Part shown: piece after piece, positions 47,577-57,796 of the stretch
Numbering within the stretch: the stretch's first letter is position 1
How the letters are laid out: every line of letters begins with the position of its first letter
Source of the DNA: a virus
DNA length: 64,000 bases
Virus record (IMG/VR): IMGVR_UViG_3300046744_000381
Coordinates: 1 to 64,000 of that record
Direction: 5' to 3' (one strand)
Made by a program: the position numbers and the translations under genes
The notes under the pieces: generated by a model
The model's database searches: none
The model's input: the letters and a program-made list of their open reading frames with translations, nothing else
Told to the model about the DNA's origin: nothing

Positions 47577-48797
47577 TCAGAGGTTACGTAAGTAATCTAG
47601 TTGTCCAGGTTCTAGTTGTGTATCTTCAAAGTATGGCTGAATTTCATTGAACAACCAAGGGTTATGTTCTTTCCAATGTTCATTACGTATAATATTCATA
47701 CGAGTATCATTGCGTAAAAACATTCCAAAATCGCCATCTTGCTCTAATTCTTTAATTAACAGCTCATAGTGAGATTTTGCATCGTATAAGTATGACAAAT
47801 GTTTAGGCATTTTAACATTAGCAATTTTAACTTTTAGCAAATCAATTAATTTGAGCTTTACATCAAAAGGTAAGTTACGTGGCATCATCCAATTAGGACC
47901 ATCAACAATAGCATTTTTTTGATAAAACTGTTCTTTGATGCAAAAGTCAATTAGTTGATAGCACAGATTTACATTATATATAGATGTAACACTATGCACA
48001 GTAGTTGTGTGTTTACCATAATGTTCTTTCATTGTAATCATATTACTTAATGTAGTATTCCATTCGCTTCCTTTACGTAAAAAATCATTAAATTTACCAA
48101 ACTGATCAACGCTTGCTGTCAGGTAAACGCCTTCACATTCTTTTAACAATTGATGCAATATTTCATTTGGTAATAAAGTTCCATTTGTAGTAATATGCAC
48201 AACTAATTTTTCTCTATTACACTTTTGTAATAGCTGTATCATTTTTTCCTGTTCCATCAAAGGTTCGCCGCCTAGGAACTTAATAAATGTTAAATCACTC
48301 ACGTCAGCTGTTTCGATCCATTTGTTTTCGGCAATAATACCACGCTTTTCAAATGGATATCCCATCTTCTTTGCATCACTGTACCATTGTGTGCTTAATT
48401 CAGGTCCACACATTCTACATTTATTATTACAAACATTACTAAATGTTACATCAATGTTTGTAAGTTTAGCAACTTTACCTCTTGTATCATCTGTAGGTAA
48501 ATTTAAAAAATTATATGGAGAGTTATAAATGTCTGTACGCATACTATTACCAGATGTTTTTTCATCTTCGTAACATTTACTGCATCCAGGAATCATTTCA
48601 TCATTTAAAACACTTTCTCTATTTTGTTGCATAAAAGGATGGTTAAAAGGATCCTCTAAAGATAAATTTAAATCTGTTGGAACGTGTTCGTGTCTAAAAT
48701 AACAACAGGGCATAACACGACCGTCTGGACGAATGGCCATATGGTGCATAGGAAGTTGACACGCATACTTTGGCAAATCCGACATTAGCTTTTCCAA
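47577..48797 (-). CDS. radical SAM protein with N-terminal twitch/SPASM-like domain
   Basis: ACQLPM...PCC...CSKC, then CNNKCRMC, LGGEP and TTNGT. Confidence 0.9.
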   Translation of the reverse strand: MEKLMSDLPKYACQLPMHHMAIRPDGRVMPCCYFRHEHVPTDLNLSLEDPFNHPFMQQNRESVLNDEMIPGCSKCYEDEKTSGNSMRTDIYNSPYNFLNLPTDDTRGKVAKLTNIDVTFSNVCNNKCRMCGPELSTQWYSDAKKMGYPFEKRGIIAENKWIETADVSDLTFIKFLGGEPLMEQEKMIQLLQKCNREKLVVHITTNGTLLPNEILHQLLKECEGVYLTASVDQFGKFNDFLRKGSEWNTTLSNMITMKEHYGKHTTTVHSVTSIYNVNLCYQLIDFCIKEQFYQKNAIVDGPNWMMPRNLPFDVKLKLIDLLKVKIANVKMPKHLSYLYDAKSHYELLIKELEQDGDFGMFLRNDTRMNIIRNEHWKEHNPWLFNEIQPYFEDTQLEPGQLDYLRNL

Positions 48798-49339
48798 TGA
48801 TCCGGTTGCATTGGGTCTATACTAATTTCATTAATACATAACTGTTTAGGCTGATCAATAACCCATTTAATATATTTTGTAGCTTCGTCAATGTCTATAA
48901 CAGTCCTGTTAGGATGCTTTTCTTGATTATTACTCAATGTTCCAAAACTTATATAACTAATTTTAGGTCCACTGTGCCAAACACCATTTAATCCTAAAGT
49001 GTTTGAATAATCTCTTAATGCTTTCTTTTCTGCATTGTATAACCAGCTGCCGCCTTTTTTTACTCTGTCAGTTGTACTACCAACATTAATAATGTGACAC
49101 CAATGCTTTTCCAACATACATTTATGATAAACGATATTCAATAAAGTGGTTTGATGAAACTTAAATAACGCACTGCAATTTATAAAAACATCGTGTTCAC
49201 ATACACGTTCTGCTAATCTTTCTTGATCTAGTTTACGTGCTAAATCATATCCTGTGGTTTGGCTGCAAAATTCTGCATCCGGATACAATTTGTGTAAGGC
49301 TTGAGAAATGCCTGTTTCTTTGTTACCCGTTATAATCAT
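48785..49339 (-). CDS. short SDR-like oxidoreductase
   Basis: ITGNKETGIS, FINCS, NVGS and YNAEK. Confidence 0.75.
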   Translation of the reverse strand: MIITGNKETGISQALHKLYPDAEFCSQTTGYDLARKLDQERLAERVCEHDVFINCSALFKFHQTTLLNIVYHKCMLEKHWCHIINVGSTTDRVKKGGSWLYNAEKKALRDYSNTLGLNGVWHSGPKISYISFGTLSNNQEKHPNRTVIDIDEATKYIKWVIDQPKQLCINEISIDPMQPDHWKS

Positions 49340-50501
49340 CTAGTACCTCTGTTTGTAAATGGTTACCAAGAACTTCTAAATATCTATCTTTATGCATACT
49401 CTTAGGAGCACACAATCCGCAACCGCAAGTCATTTTAGGACAAATAATAGTTGGCATAGTGTTAGTTTTCATTTTTTGTTTTAAATCTTCAATAATTTTT
49501 TTGCCTTCACTAAGTTTTCCAATACGCCCACGTTTACCGTGTTCAAATTTTGCTTGGCAAGTTTGATGATGATAAACACTATCAGTTTGTTGTTCGATAT
49601 GTAAGAAAAACCAATTAACACTACAACTCCAGCCTTTAAACTCTCTAAAGTCTACAAAATTACTTTTGCGACTTTTTGCACCTGCGTGTAACAACATATC
49701 TCTGCTGCCGCAACAAGGACGTCCAATACTGTTGCCAAGTTTTTTCTTTTCATTTTTCTTTTCACCGGCTGCACTCAAAACTTTGCTTATTTCTTTTTCA
49801 TCATTTTTCTTTTCATTTTTTACACGCCAATAATCTTTAAACCAAGCAAGTTGTTCATCATTATACTTGTGTGCAAAACTAGGACGACTATCCGGTTCTT
49901 CGCCGATCACTCTCGGAACATAGTCAACTTGGTGCTGTTCCAAGAAATTACATAATTCTTTACACTCGTCAAAGTATTCAGCGTGGAACATTACGTTTAC
50001 ACTTACAGTAAAATTATGATTTTGACCTTGATAATGAAATTGTAATATTCTATCCTTAACTTGTTGTTTAAGTTTTTGGTCGCTTTCACTATGATAACTA
50101 ACAGTGGCGTGATCAAAGTTTTGCATAACCGCAACACCCATTTTTTCGCCCATTGCACCGTTGGTTGTTAGAGCAAATCCACATTCCCATTTATCTTTAT
50201 ATTTTGTATCATATTCTGTTCTAAGATATTGAGCAAATGGAATAAAATTAGGATTTACTGTCGGTTCTCCTCCTGTAAATCCAATATTTGCTATTTTACT
50301 TTTTCTGTATTCAAGATGTATATCGATATATTCGTATAAAAAATCTACATTATTTTTTAATTCTTCAAGTGTTGCGTGTGCTGAAAAATTATCGTGCCTA
50401 TGTACTGGACAATAGCTACAATCATAATTGCATCTGCGTCCAGTATCCCAAGTAACCTGAAAGACGTGACCTGTAAGTAGGTCTATAGTATCAAAACTCA
50501 T
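49323..50501 (-). CDS. radical SAM protein with C-terminal Cys cluster
   Basis: CNYDCSYC, TGGEP, TTNG and WSC...TC...CPKMTCGCGLC. Confidence 0.9.
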   Translation of the reverse strand: MSFDTIDLLTGHVFQVTWDTGRRCNYDCSYCPVHRHDNFSAHATLEELKNNVDFLYEYIDIHLEYRKSKIANIGFTGGEPTVNPNFIPFAQYLRTEYDTKYKDKWECGFALTTNGAMGEKMGVAVMQNFDHATVSYHSESDQKLKQQVKDRILQFHYQGQNHNFTVSVNVMFHAEYFDECKELCNFLEQHQVDYVPRVIGEEPDSRPSFAHKYNDEQLAWFKDYWRVKNEKKNDEKEISKVLSAAGEKKNEKKKLGNSIGRPCCGSRDMLLHAGAKSRKSNFVDFREFKGWSCSVNWFFLHIEQQTDSVYHHQTCQAKFEHGKRGRIGKLSEGKKIIEDLKQKMKTNTMPTIICPKMTCGCGLCAPKSMHKDRYLEVLGNHLQTEVLDDYNG

Positions 50502-51315
50502 TAATTTCCTTTATCATTTCAGGCACTCTTTGTTCTGCCCACTGTCTTTCGTCACACCACCAGCATTCATTGCATATAGGTACATCCATACCAGGTGTGT
50601 ACTTGGTAAAATCCTTGACAACATCTGATACAACGTGATTATGATTAATATCTCCTTCACAGCTACGTGTAGTATAATATAAATCCTCCACATTGTAAAG
50701 ATAATATTGTGCAACAATCCAATCTTTTTTTACATATCTAAAAGGATGACAAAAATGTGCCTTTAATTTTGGGCTATAATAAAGAACATCTATTAATTTA
50801 GCATCTTCGGCATTTCCGTCTCTGTTTTTCATACGGTCTTCACGTGAATCGTCTGGATTCTTACTTGTAGCATTGAATACAGCATCTAAATTATATTCCC
50901 AACTTGCAAATTTGTTAAAATCTCCAACAATAATTTGATCTCCGCTTCTGCCATTTATTATAGGACCACTTACTCCGTGTTCTAATGCAGGAGGAATAAA
51001 TGTTGTATGCCTATTTTCAATAATTTCTGGATAAAGACTTTTTAATTTATTGAAAACTTGTATACTCCACCATCCTTGCCACGGTCTTGTTTCCCAACAA
51101 CGCTGATATGTAATAACATCTATTTTACAATCTAATTGATTATCTGTTATAATCTTGCCTAGCAAGTAACATAACAATGCGCTGTCTGCACCTCCACTTA
51201 AATTTACACCAATACGTTTCCACTTTTTACTAAACAGTATATCTAAATGGTTTACTTTTGTTATTATAAATTCGTCACTTAGTTTTTCATACAATTTGTT
51301 GCTTGCTTCAAACAT
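50491..51315 (-). CDS. PP-loop ATP pyrophosphatase, QueC-like
   Basis: NLSGGADSALL and TRSCE...CNECWWC.ER. Start trimmed from 51393. Confidence 0.7.
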   Translation of the reverse strand: MFEASNKLYEKLSDEFIITKVNHLDILFSKKWKRIGVNLSGGADSALLCYLLGKIITDNQLDCKIDVITYQRCWETRPWQGWWSIQVFNKLKSLYPEIIENRHTTFIPPALEHGVSGPIINGRSGDQIIVGDFNKFASWEYNLDAVFNATSKNPDDSREDRMKNRDGNAEDAKLIDVLYYSPKLKAHFCHPFRYVKKDWIVAQYYLYNVEDLYYTTRSCEGDINHNHVVSDVVKDFTKYTPGMDVPICNECWWCDERQWAEQRVPEMIKEINEF

Positions 51316-52573
51316 TTCTATAAATCCTATTTGTGTTTTTATCAAATTGATAATTTGTAAAATGGTCGTTAAATTCTTGTTTCCATATAACATCAGTTTT
51401 TTTAATATATTCTTTAAATGCTGTCCAATGTTTTTCTTCTACTTTATGATTATGAATATATTCCCAGATGTTTTTAATGCCTTGATATGCAATAAAACAA
51501 TCACTTCTATCTTTTGATGTAAATTTTGTTAGGTATGCAATAGCACTATTAAGTTCTCTTTCGGTTTCGTCTTTGAAATGCAACATCATAAGAGCAGGAT
51601 TTAGGTAGTCAGGTGTGTATATAATACTAATGTTAATAAAATCACATTCTAATTCTATAAACCCTTTAATAATATCTTTAAACTGCATAAGCTGATATAC
51701 ACCAGTTGTACATATTAGTGCAATTTTTGTTTTTTTACTTCGTACAGATTTAAAAGTTGCAATATTTTTTGCTAATGTATCCCAATCGCCGCCTCTAAAA
51801 TATTGATACATTCCTGGGCTACAATCAATACTTATTTTGACTTCACTGCTACCAAACTTATCTAAACAATCACTAAGAGCTATTGGATCAAAAGGTGCAT
51901 TAAAATTTGTATGAAACATCACAAACATATTTTTTGCATTTGGATGTTCTGCAAGTCTTTTCAGTGTTGGTAAGAATGGCTTTTGATATAATACTTCGCC
52001 GCCTGCAAAGTCTACTCTTTCTAGATTTGGAAAGTTTTCGATAAGATCATCAACTACTTCTAGTGCCATTTCGGTATTTAACTCGATGCGTAGATCTTCG
52101 TCAATGTGTTCTCTATGCATATCTTGTGTAAGTTGTAGTAAATTATGTTCACGATCAATTTCATCAGGCTGATAACGTTTTAGTTTTGTCATCCATCCAC
52201 TACTAAAAGCTGCACTACAATGTAGACAAGCCATATTACAAGCATTACTAAAACGTATTTCGATAGTTTTAAGGCCTTCAAATTTAGTAGCACCTGTGCC
52301 ATAATCAGTGTAGCTTGTATCAGGCGGAGATTCCTGTCTCATACTAATACCGGCATTTTGTTCTTCAACGACTTGACACATATCACAGCCTCTAGGCCAG
52401 TTACCTTGGAGTAAATCTAGTCTGTGTTTTTTAAATGCGTCATTGTTAAAATACTGACTAGGTAAATGTCCTTTTGCTAACCATTGTAATCTGTCAGATT
52501 GCTGTGGACAACTTGTAGCAAATTGTTGTTTCAAATTTAAACCACCTAATGCATAATAACAAGGCTTACTCAT
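51308..52573 (-). CDS. radical SAM protein with N-terminal twitch-like domain
   Basis: PCYY...SC...CDMC, then CNMACLHC, AGGE and HTN. Confidence 0.88.
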   Translation of the reverse strand: MSKPCYYALGGLNLKQQFATSCPQQSDRLQWLAKGHLPSQYFNNDAFKKHRLDLLQGNWPRGCDMCQVVEEQNAGISMRQESPPDTSYTDYGTGATKFEGLKTIEIRFSNACNMACLHCSAAFSSGWMTKLKRYQPDEIDREHNLLQLTQDMHREHIDEDLRIELNTEMALEVVDDLIENFPNLERVDFAGGEVLYQKPFLPTLKRLAEHPNAKNMFVMFHTNFNAPFDPIALSDCLDKFGSSEVKISIDCSPGMYQYFRGGDWDTLAKNIATFKSVRSKKTKIALICTTGVYQLMQFKDIIKGFIELECDFINISIIYTPDYLNPALMMLHFKDETERELNSAIAYLTKFTSKDRSDCFIAYQGIKNIWEYIHNHKVEEKHWTAFKEYIKKTDVIWKQEFNDHFTNYQFDKNTNRIYRNV

Positions 52574-53972
52574 TAAATATATCCTTCATTTCTGGAAATG
52601 TTTCTTCAAATGTTATTCCACGTTGTCGATCACACAAGGATAAAAATTCTTTCATTTCGGGTAGTCGTCTACTCCAATCTTCACTTTCCATAAAATTTAC
52701 CATACCTTGTAAACGTTTGATACCATATCCTGCATCTCGCCATTGATCGTATGTGACAGCTTTTTTACCGTGCTTGTACCATATAGGTACTCCCTTTTCC
52801 CAATTATCTTCCCACCAAGGATAAAACTCTTCATATTTTTTGCGTACTTCTGCCTTAAACCATTTAGGCAAAACTTTTACATTTAAATGAGGAGGGTGAT
52901 ATACAAAATGATAATTTATTCCTCCTGCACCAAATGGCCACATATTTACTTTTTGAAATCCTTGTTCTAACTTCCATTTTATAAAGTCAGGCAAGTAATA
53001 AATGTTTAATGCTTGAACTGCACAAGCAACTGTAATTTCAACATTTACACTTGTTTGTTTATCTAATATATGAAATACTTCTTCTGTGCGCTTCCATTTG
53101 CTAGGATAGCGTATATAATCATTCATTTCGTGAATACTATCAACACTATAATGAAAACGTACTAGCTTGAACTGTTTCCACAAGTCAAATAAATCTTCGC
53201 GCCACTCTACACCATTTGAATTATAGCGTAGTTCTAAATCCTTTGCGATACCCTGTCGTATTGCTTCTTCAAGAATCTCATAATGTTCTTCAATTATTAA
53301 ACTTTCGCCACCTGCAAAGTAAATTTGTTGCATATTAGGCATCTGGTCATAAAACTGTTTCCAAAACACAGGATTTTGTTTATGCCAATTATAACTACTG
53401 CCGTTTGTACTGCCCTTATCCTGCCATTGCATTGTTTCTTTAAGGCTTTTGTTTTGTACAGCAGGAAATATTTTTTTATAATCTTTAATCCACCCTGAAC
53501 TATCGTGTGGTGAACACATTACACAAGCAAGTTGACATTTAGTACCAAAACGTAAATCAATGTATGCCAACTGTGGAGGTACTTCTCCATCTTCAGTAGT
53601 ATTAGCAATTAGTTCATCTACATTAGTGCGTTGACTCCAATATTCAGTTTCCCACATACGCTTACTATTGTGTCCTGCTGCTTCTTCTCTATAACACTTC
53701 AAACAACTAGGTGGCTTTTCGCCATTCATCATTTGCTTACGCACATTTTTCATATACTCGCTATTCCAAGCAGTTTGAAAATCTGTTACGTTAAGATTAT
53801 TAGGTTTGCCGTCATCGGTTTTAAGAATACCAACTTGTCCACCGTGCTCTTTATCATTTGTAGGACCAACCGAACTTGCATTTGCTGTGCAACAAACTCT
53901 CATACTACCGTCTGGTCTTGTGCTAAGATGTACCCAAGGAAGGATACAAAACGTGTCACTTACTTTATTCAT
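52566..53972 (-). CDS. radical SAM protein with N-terminal twitch/SPASM-like domain
   Basis: FCILPW...VCC...CLKC, then CQLACVMC, AGGES and YNSNG. Confidence 0.9.
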   Translation of the reverse strand: MNKVSDTFCILPWVHLSTRPDGSMRVCCTANASSVGPTNDKEHGGQVGILKTDDGKPNNLNVTDFQTAWNSEYMKNVRKQMMNGEKPPSCLKCYREEAAGHNSKRMWETEYWSQRTNVDELIANTTEDGEVPPQLAYIDLRFGTKCQLACVMCSPHDSSGWIKDYKKIFPAVQNKSLKETMQWQDKGSTNGSSYNWHKQNPVFWKQFYDQMPNMQQIYFAGGESLIIEEHYEILEEAIRQGIAKDLELRYNSNGVEWREDLFDLWKQFKLVRFHYSVDSIHEMNDYIRYPSKWKRTEEVFHILDKQTSVNVEITVACAVQALNIYYLPDFIKWKLEQGFQKVNMWPFGAGGINYHFVYHPPHLNVKVLPKWFKAEVRKKYEEFYPWWEDNWEKGVPIWYKHGKKAVTYDQWRDAGYGIKRLQGMVNFMESEDWSRRLPEMKEFLSLCDRQRGITFEETFPEMKDIFNE

Positions 53973-55063
53973 ACTGTACTTATGTTATTATCTATGTAGT
54001 TTATTTCATTATGATATGCTTTGTTTTTTGCACAAGTTCTAATACATCTACTTAAATGCATTTCGTGTTCCGGATCCCAACTTGCATACAATAACTTTTT
54101 ATACCAAGTGTGTTCTAAAATTTCTTCTTTACTATGGTGCCGTAAACTATTCCAATTTGGTTCAAATTTATTTAACTTATCTAGTATGCCTTCCTTATTT
54201 TTGAAAGCACTATCCCAAAGAAAACAACAAGGCCATAATGTTAAATCGCTTGCAATAAATATTTCACCTTCGTGAATGTATTTGCACACAACTGTTTTTA
54301 AAATTTCTTGTTTTTTTGTTTCAAAATCTTTATTTTGTTTTTTTGCTTTGTATTGGGCAATAAATTTATCTAAATCTTTTACATCTTTTTTCTTACTATG
54401 TTCCTTAGACCCTGTAGTAGTAATTTTCTTTTCTTCAACTACAACTTTTTTAATTTCCTTGTCTTTTTTAGAAATTTTTGCTATCCAGTCGTGATAGCTG
54501 TTACGCATACCGGTTCTTGTAGCAAAAGTAAATCCTAAACTTTCAGCGTGTATTTTTGCTTTATCAACTTCGTGTTCATTATGGTCAAATATAATATAAA
54601 TCCAACTTGCACTTCCTGTAGGAGCATAAAAACTATATGCTTGCATATTACGTGATACAATATTAAATTTTGTGTTTACTCTATATATGTGATTAGTTTG
54701 CTCGTGGCCGTCTACGCAAAAATGTATAAACACTAGTCCAGGTCTTTCGGCTGCGATTTTACCTAGCCTTGCCCACCATTCAGCTTTTTGTATTCCTCCG
54801 TTGGTACTAAGTTCGCAGTATCCTCCCATACTTGATAGGTAATCAACCATATCAACACATTCGATATGCAGTGCAGGATCTCCTAGTACACCGCAAAACT
54901 TAAATTCTACTCCAGTATAATCATCAGGTGGAAATATACGTTTTATATCCTCAAATGTAAAACTTTGTATAGTCAATAGATCTTTGTTAAGTGTTCTAGC
55001 ACACCCCGGACAGGCTGCATTACAATCACTTGTGATTTCTAATTCTACTTTTTTAATTTTCAT
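53969..55063 (-). CDS. radical SAM protein with C-terminal twitch-like domain
   Basis: CNAACPGC, CGVLGDP, STNG and VC...PCC...CIRTC. Confidence 0.9.
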   Translation of the reverse strand: MKIKKVELEITSDCNAACPGCARTLNKDLLTIQSFTFEDIKRIFPPDDYTGVEFKFCGVLGDPALHIECVDMVDYLSSMGGYCELSTNGGIQKAEWWARLGKIAAERPGLVFIHFCVDGHEQTNHIYRVNTKFNIVSRNMQAYSFYAPTGSASWIYIIFDHNEHEVDKAKIHAESLGFTFATRTGMRNSYHDWIAKISKKDKEIKKVVVEEKKITTTGSKEHSKKKDVKDLDKFIAQYKAKKQNKDFETKKQEILKTVVCKYIHEGEIFIASDLTLWPCCFLWDSAFKNKEGILDKLNKFEPNWNSLRHHSKEEILEHTWYKKLLYASWDPEHEMHLSRCIRTCAKNKAYHNEINYIDNNISTV

Positions 55064-55084
55064 AATATGCGCACTTTACTTAGC

Positions 55085-55096
55085 TAAATATATTTA
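55085..55096. promoter_or_regulatory. palindromic TAAATATATTTA, putative bidirectional late promoter
   Basis: TAAATA on both strands between two divergent radical SAM genes. Confidence 0.5.
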
Positions 55097-56301
55097 TGAA
55101 TAACAAATTGTGTGCTGCACCTTTTATATCTTTTTATACAGGCTCTAATCATAAAGTGACTAGCTGCTGTGCTATGTATGACCCGATAGGTAATAGCAAT
55201 AAAGACACATTTGAAAACATTATGAATTCAACCACTGCAAAACGTGTGCGTAAAACGTTAATGAACAACGAATTTCCGCCTGAATGTTCTGCTTGTGCAG
55301 ATGTTGAAAAACAAACAGGAGATATTGCAAGTGTAAGGAAATTTAGTAATCGCTTAGTAGACAATACAGATTTTTTAAATAATACTGCATCAGACGGAAC
55401 TTTAATAAAACAAACTCCTGTGTTTTTAGATTTACTGTTCAGTAATAAATGTAATTTTGCTTGTATGGGGTGTGATCCTACACTTAGCAGTACTATTGCA
55501 GACAAATACACAGACGCATATGATCTAGTTTTTGATAAATCCTATGAAAGAAAAAATTGGCACAATAAATCAGATATTGTAGATTATATATTAAAATATA
55601 AAGATAGTATTAGGCTTATACATTTCAACGGTGGTGAACCATTTATGCAGACAGAAGTTCACGAAATCTTAGACGTGCTAAAAAAACATAATTTACAAAA
55701 ACAAATAAAAATATGGTCACATACAAACGGAAGTGTAAAAAAATATAAAGGCGTTGATGTTATAGAAGACTACTTACAATATTGGGGAGAAAATTGCGAA
55801 ATTAGTTTAAGCCACGATTTACATTATGCCAAAGGCGAATATGTTAGATACGGACTTGTAACTAAAAAATGGGAAGAAAATTTTCAACGTATTACAGATG
55901 CAAACATAATGATTAATATACATACAAGTTACAATATTTTTAATTGTTTACATTTGTGCGATTTATTTGATTACTATACAAAACATTTAAATCATAAAGG
56001 CGATTTAAGTTTATGTCCCTGGTATAATCCTAAGCCGTTTACTGCTCCACTAGCACAAGTTAACAGTGATATACTTTACAAAGCAAATGACCAACTTAAC
56101 GAAATGCAAATGATATTAGCCAAAGGTGGTAAAAATATTGCGTGGAATACTAGAGAACTTAGAAACTTTTTAAACATCAAATGGGAAGATATAGAAGAAC
56201 AACATAATAGATTTAAAAAATCAATAACTAAATTTGACTTACTTAGAAATACTAATTTTGTAGAAACATTTCCAGAGCTGCGTTGTCTTTATGAAAATTG
56301 A
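55096..56301 (+). CDS. radical SAM protein with N-terminal twitch/SPASM-like domain
   Basis: LCAAPF...SCC...CSAC, then CNFACMGC, NGGEP and HTNGS. Confidence 0.9.
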   Translation: MNNKLCAAPFISFYTGSNHKVTSCCAMYDPIGNSNKDTFENIMNSTTAKRVRKTLMNNEFPPECSACADVEKQTGDIASVRKFSNRLVDNTDFLNNTASDGTLIKQTPVFLDLLFSNKCNFACMGCDPTLSSTIADKYTDAYDLVFDKSYERKNWHNKSDIVDYILKYKDSIRLIHFNGGEPFMQTEVHEILDVLKKHNLQKQIKIWSHTNGSVKKYKGVDVIEDYLQYWGENCEISLSHDLHYAKGEYVRYGLVTKKWEENFQRITDANIMINIHTSYNIFNCLHLCDLFDYYTKHLNHKGDLSLCPWYNPKPFTAPLAQVNSDILYKANDQLNEMQMILAKGGKNIAWNTRELRNFLNIKWEDIEEQHNRFKKSITKFDLLRNTNFVETFPELRCLYEN

Positions 56302-57374
56302 GCTGCAAATGGATCAAATTTTGCTCCGCATTTTTCACTACAAACTCCTAATTTACCTTCTTTAATTGATTGTGCATTCCAACTATCTTCGATGCTTTTT
56401 AACAAAGGTCCGTCCATTACTTTTTTCATATCATTCATTATTACATTGATGCCGCCTTTGCCGCCTGCTTTATCAATATGATCCCATATTTGTTCTACTT
56501 TAGGATCTTTATGCCACCATTTATACATACGTCCAGCAGTCCAACAACAAGGCATTAGTAACCCTTCTGCTGTAATAAAAATATTTCCAGCGTCTTTGAC
56601 TTTGCATTTTATTTTAGCTACGTTGTAATAATCCATCATAGTGCCGTATTGTTTAGCAATCGTTTCTTGTTTTGCAAGTTCTTTATTTGCAAACTTTACT
56701 TCATTTGGCTTTGATAATGTTTGTGTTTTTTCGCCTTTACGATTTATAGCTTGATGTTTTTCTTTACCAGTCATTTTCTTAGTACTGTAGAAACGTCCTG
56801 TTTTTTTCTTTATAAACTTTTCACAACCCCATTCGTTTGCAAGACGTTCTGCTTCTTCTACTTGATGCTCGTTGTGTTGGAATATAATATAATCCCAACG
56901 TGCTCTACCGCCTGCTGCAATAAAAGCCTTCATATTTGTTTCAACTTTATCCCATTGTACATTTTGTCTATATAAATGATTTGTATCCTCTAGTCCGTCA
57001 ACACTAAAAATTACAGCACCGTTGCGGCCAAAAACTTGTGCAAGTTCCATCCACCAAGGCATATCTCTAGCGCCAGCATTGGTATTCATACTAAGCCACA
57101 TTGTAGGATTATGTTCTCTAAAATATTTGAATATTTCTAATGTATCTTTTGCAACTATAGGATCACCTAAGTTTCCACACATATACATAGTTTTTAATTG
57201 TTTAATAAAATCAGGTTTAAAAATTTTTTTTGCTTTTTGCAAAGTTATTTCAGCATTTGTTAAATGAGGATTGTCGTCACCACCATTCATATTCCTATCG
57301 CACATAGGACAGGCTGCTTGACATTTTTGTGTTATTTCTAAATGTACTTCTTTTACATCTTCATACTTATACAT
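56289..57374 (-). CDS. radical SAM protein with C-terminal twitch-like domain
   Basis: CQAACPMC, CGNLGDP and KC...PCCW...CSEKC. Confidence 0.9.
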   Translation of the reverse strand: MYKYEDVKEVHLEITQKCQAACPMCDRNMNGGDDNPHLTNAEITLQKAKKIFKPDFIKQLKTMYMCGNLGDPIVAKDTLEIFKYFREHNPTMWLSMNTNAGARDMPWWMELAQVFGRNGAVIFSVDGLEDTNHLYRQNVQWDKVETNMKAFIAAGGRARWDYIIFQHNEHQVEEAERLANEWGCEKFIKKKTGRFYSTKKMTGKEKHQAINRKGEKTQTLSKPNEVKFANKELAKQETIAKQYGTMMDYYNVAKIKCKVKDAGNIFITAEGLLMPCCWTAGRMYKWWHKDPKVEQIWDHIDKAGGKGGINVIMNDMKKVMDGPLLKSIEDSWNAQSIKEGKLGVCSEKCGAKFDPFAAQFS

Positions 57375-57796
57375 TCAATTTCCTCAAAACCACCTGCTGG
57401 TGTAAAATAATAGTTATCAAACTTTTTCATCTCTCTATGAAAAGATTGCATTTTATCTGCAGGGAATACAATACTTAAATTATTAACTATTCCTACTGAT
57501 TTGTCAAGAACTTTTTTTGCTTTATTATGAATACATCGTCCAAAATGAAATCCTCCTAACAATATTTTTTTATGTTTCAAATCCTGTAAATCACAGGAAT
57601 TAATTCCTTGAAACCAATCGGATATTTCTCTGCCACTACCATCAACAAAAATATCAGCATATCTTTCTAATTCCGGAATCATTGATTTTAAGTAATGAGA
57701 AAATGCAAAACATTGACTAAGAAGATCAGGAAACTGTTTTACATCTTCATCTTCACAATATTTCCAAGGATCTATTATTACAAACGCTGTTTTCAT
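57353..57796 (-). CDS. isochorismatase/cysteine hydrolase-like protein
   Basis: FVIIDPW and LLGGFHFGRCI. Confidence 0.5.
   Translation of the reverse strand: MKTAFVIIDPWKYCEDEDVKQFPDLLSQCFAFSHYLKSMIPELERYADIFVDGSGREISDWFQGINSCDLQDLKHKKILLGGFHFGRCIHNKAKKVLDKSVGIVNNLSIVFPADKMQSFHREMKKFDNYYFTPAGGFEEIECISMKM

Noticed and set aside
43284-50501. Viperin-like identity for the CNYxCSYC radical SAM proteins
   Set aside because: Only the Cys motif is similar. The extra C-terminal Cys clusters and lack of other viperin motifs argue against it.
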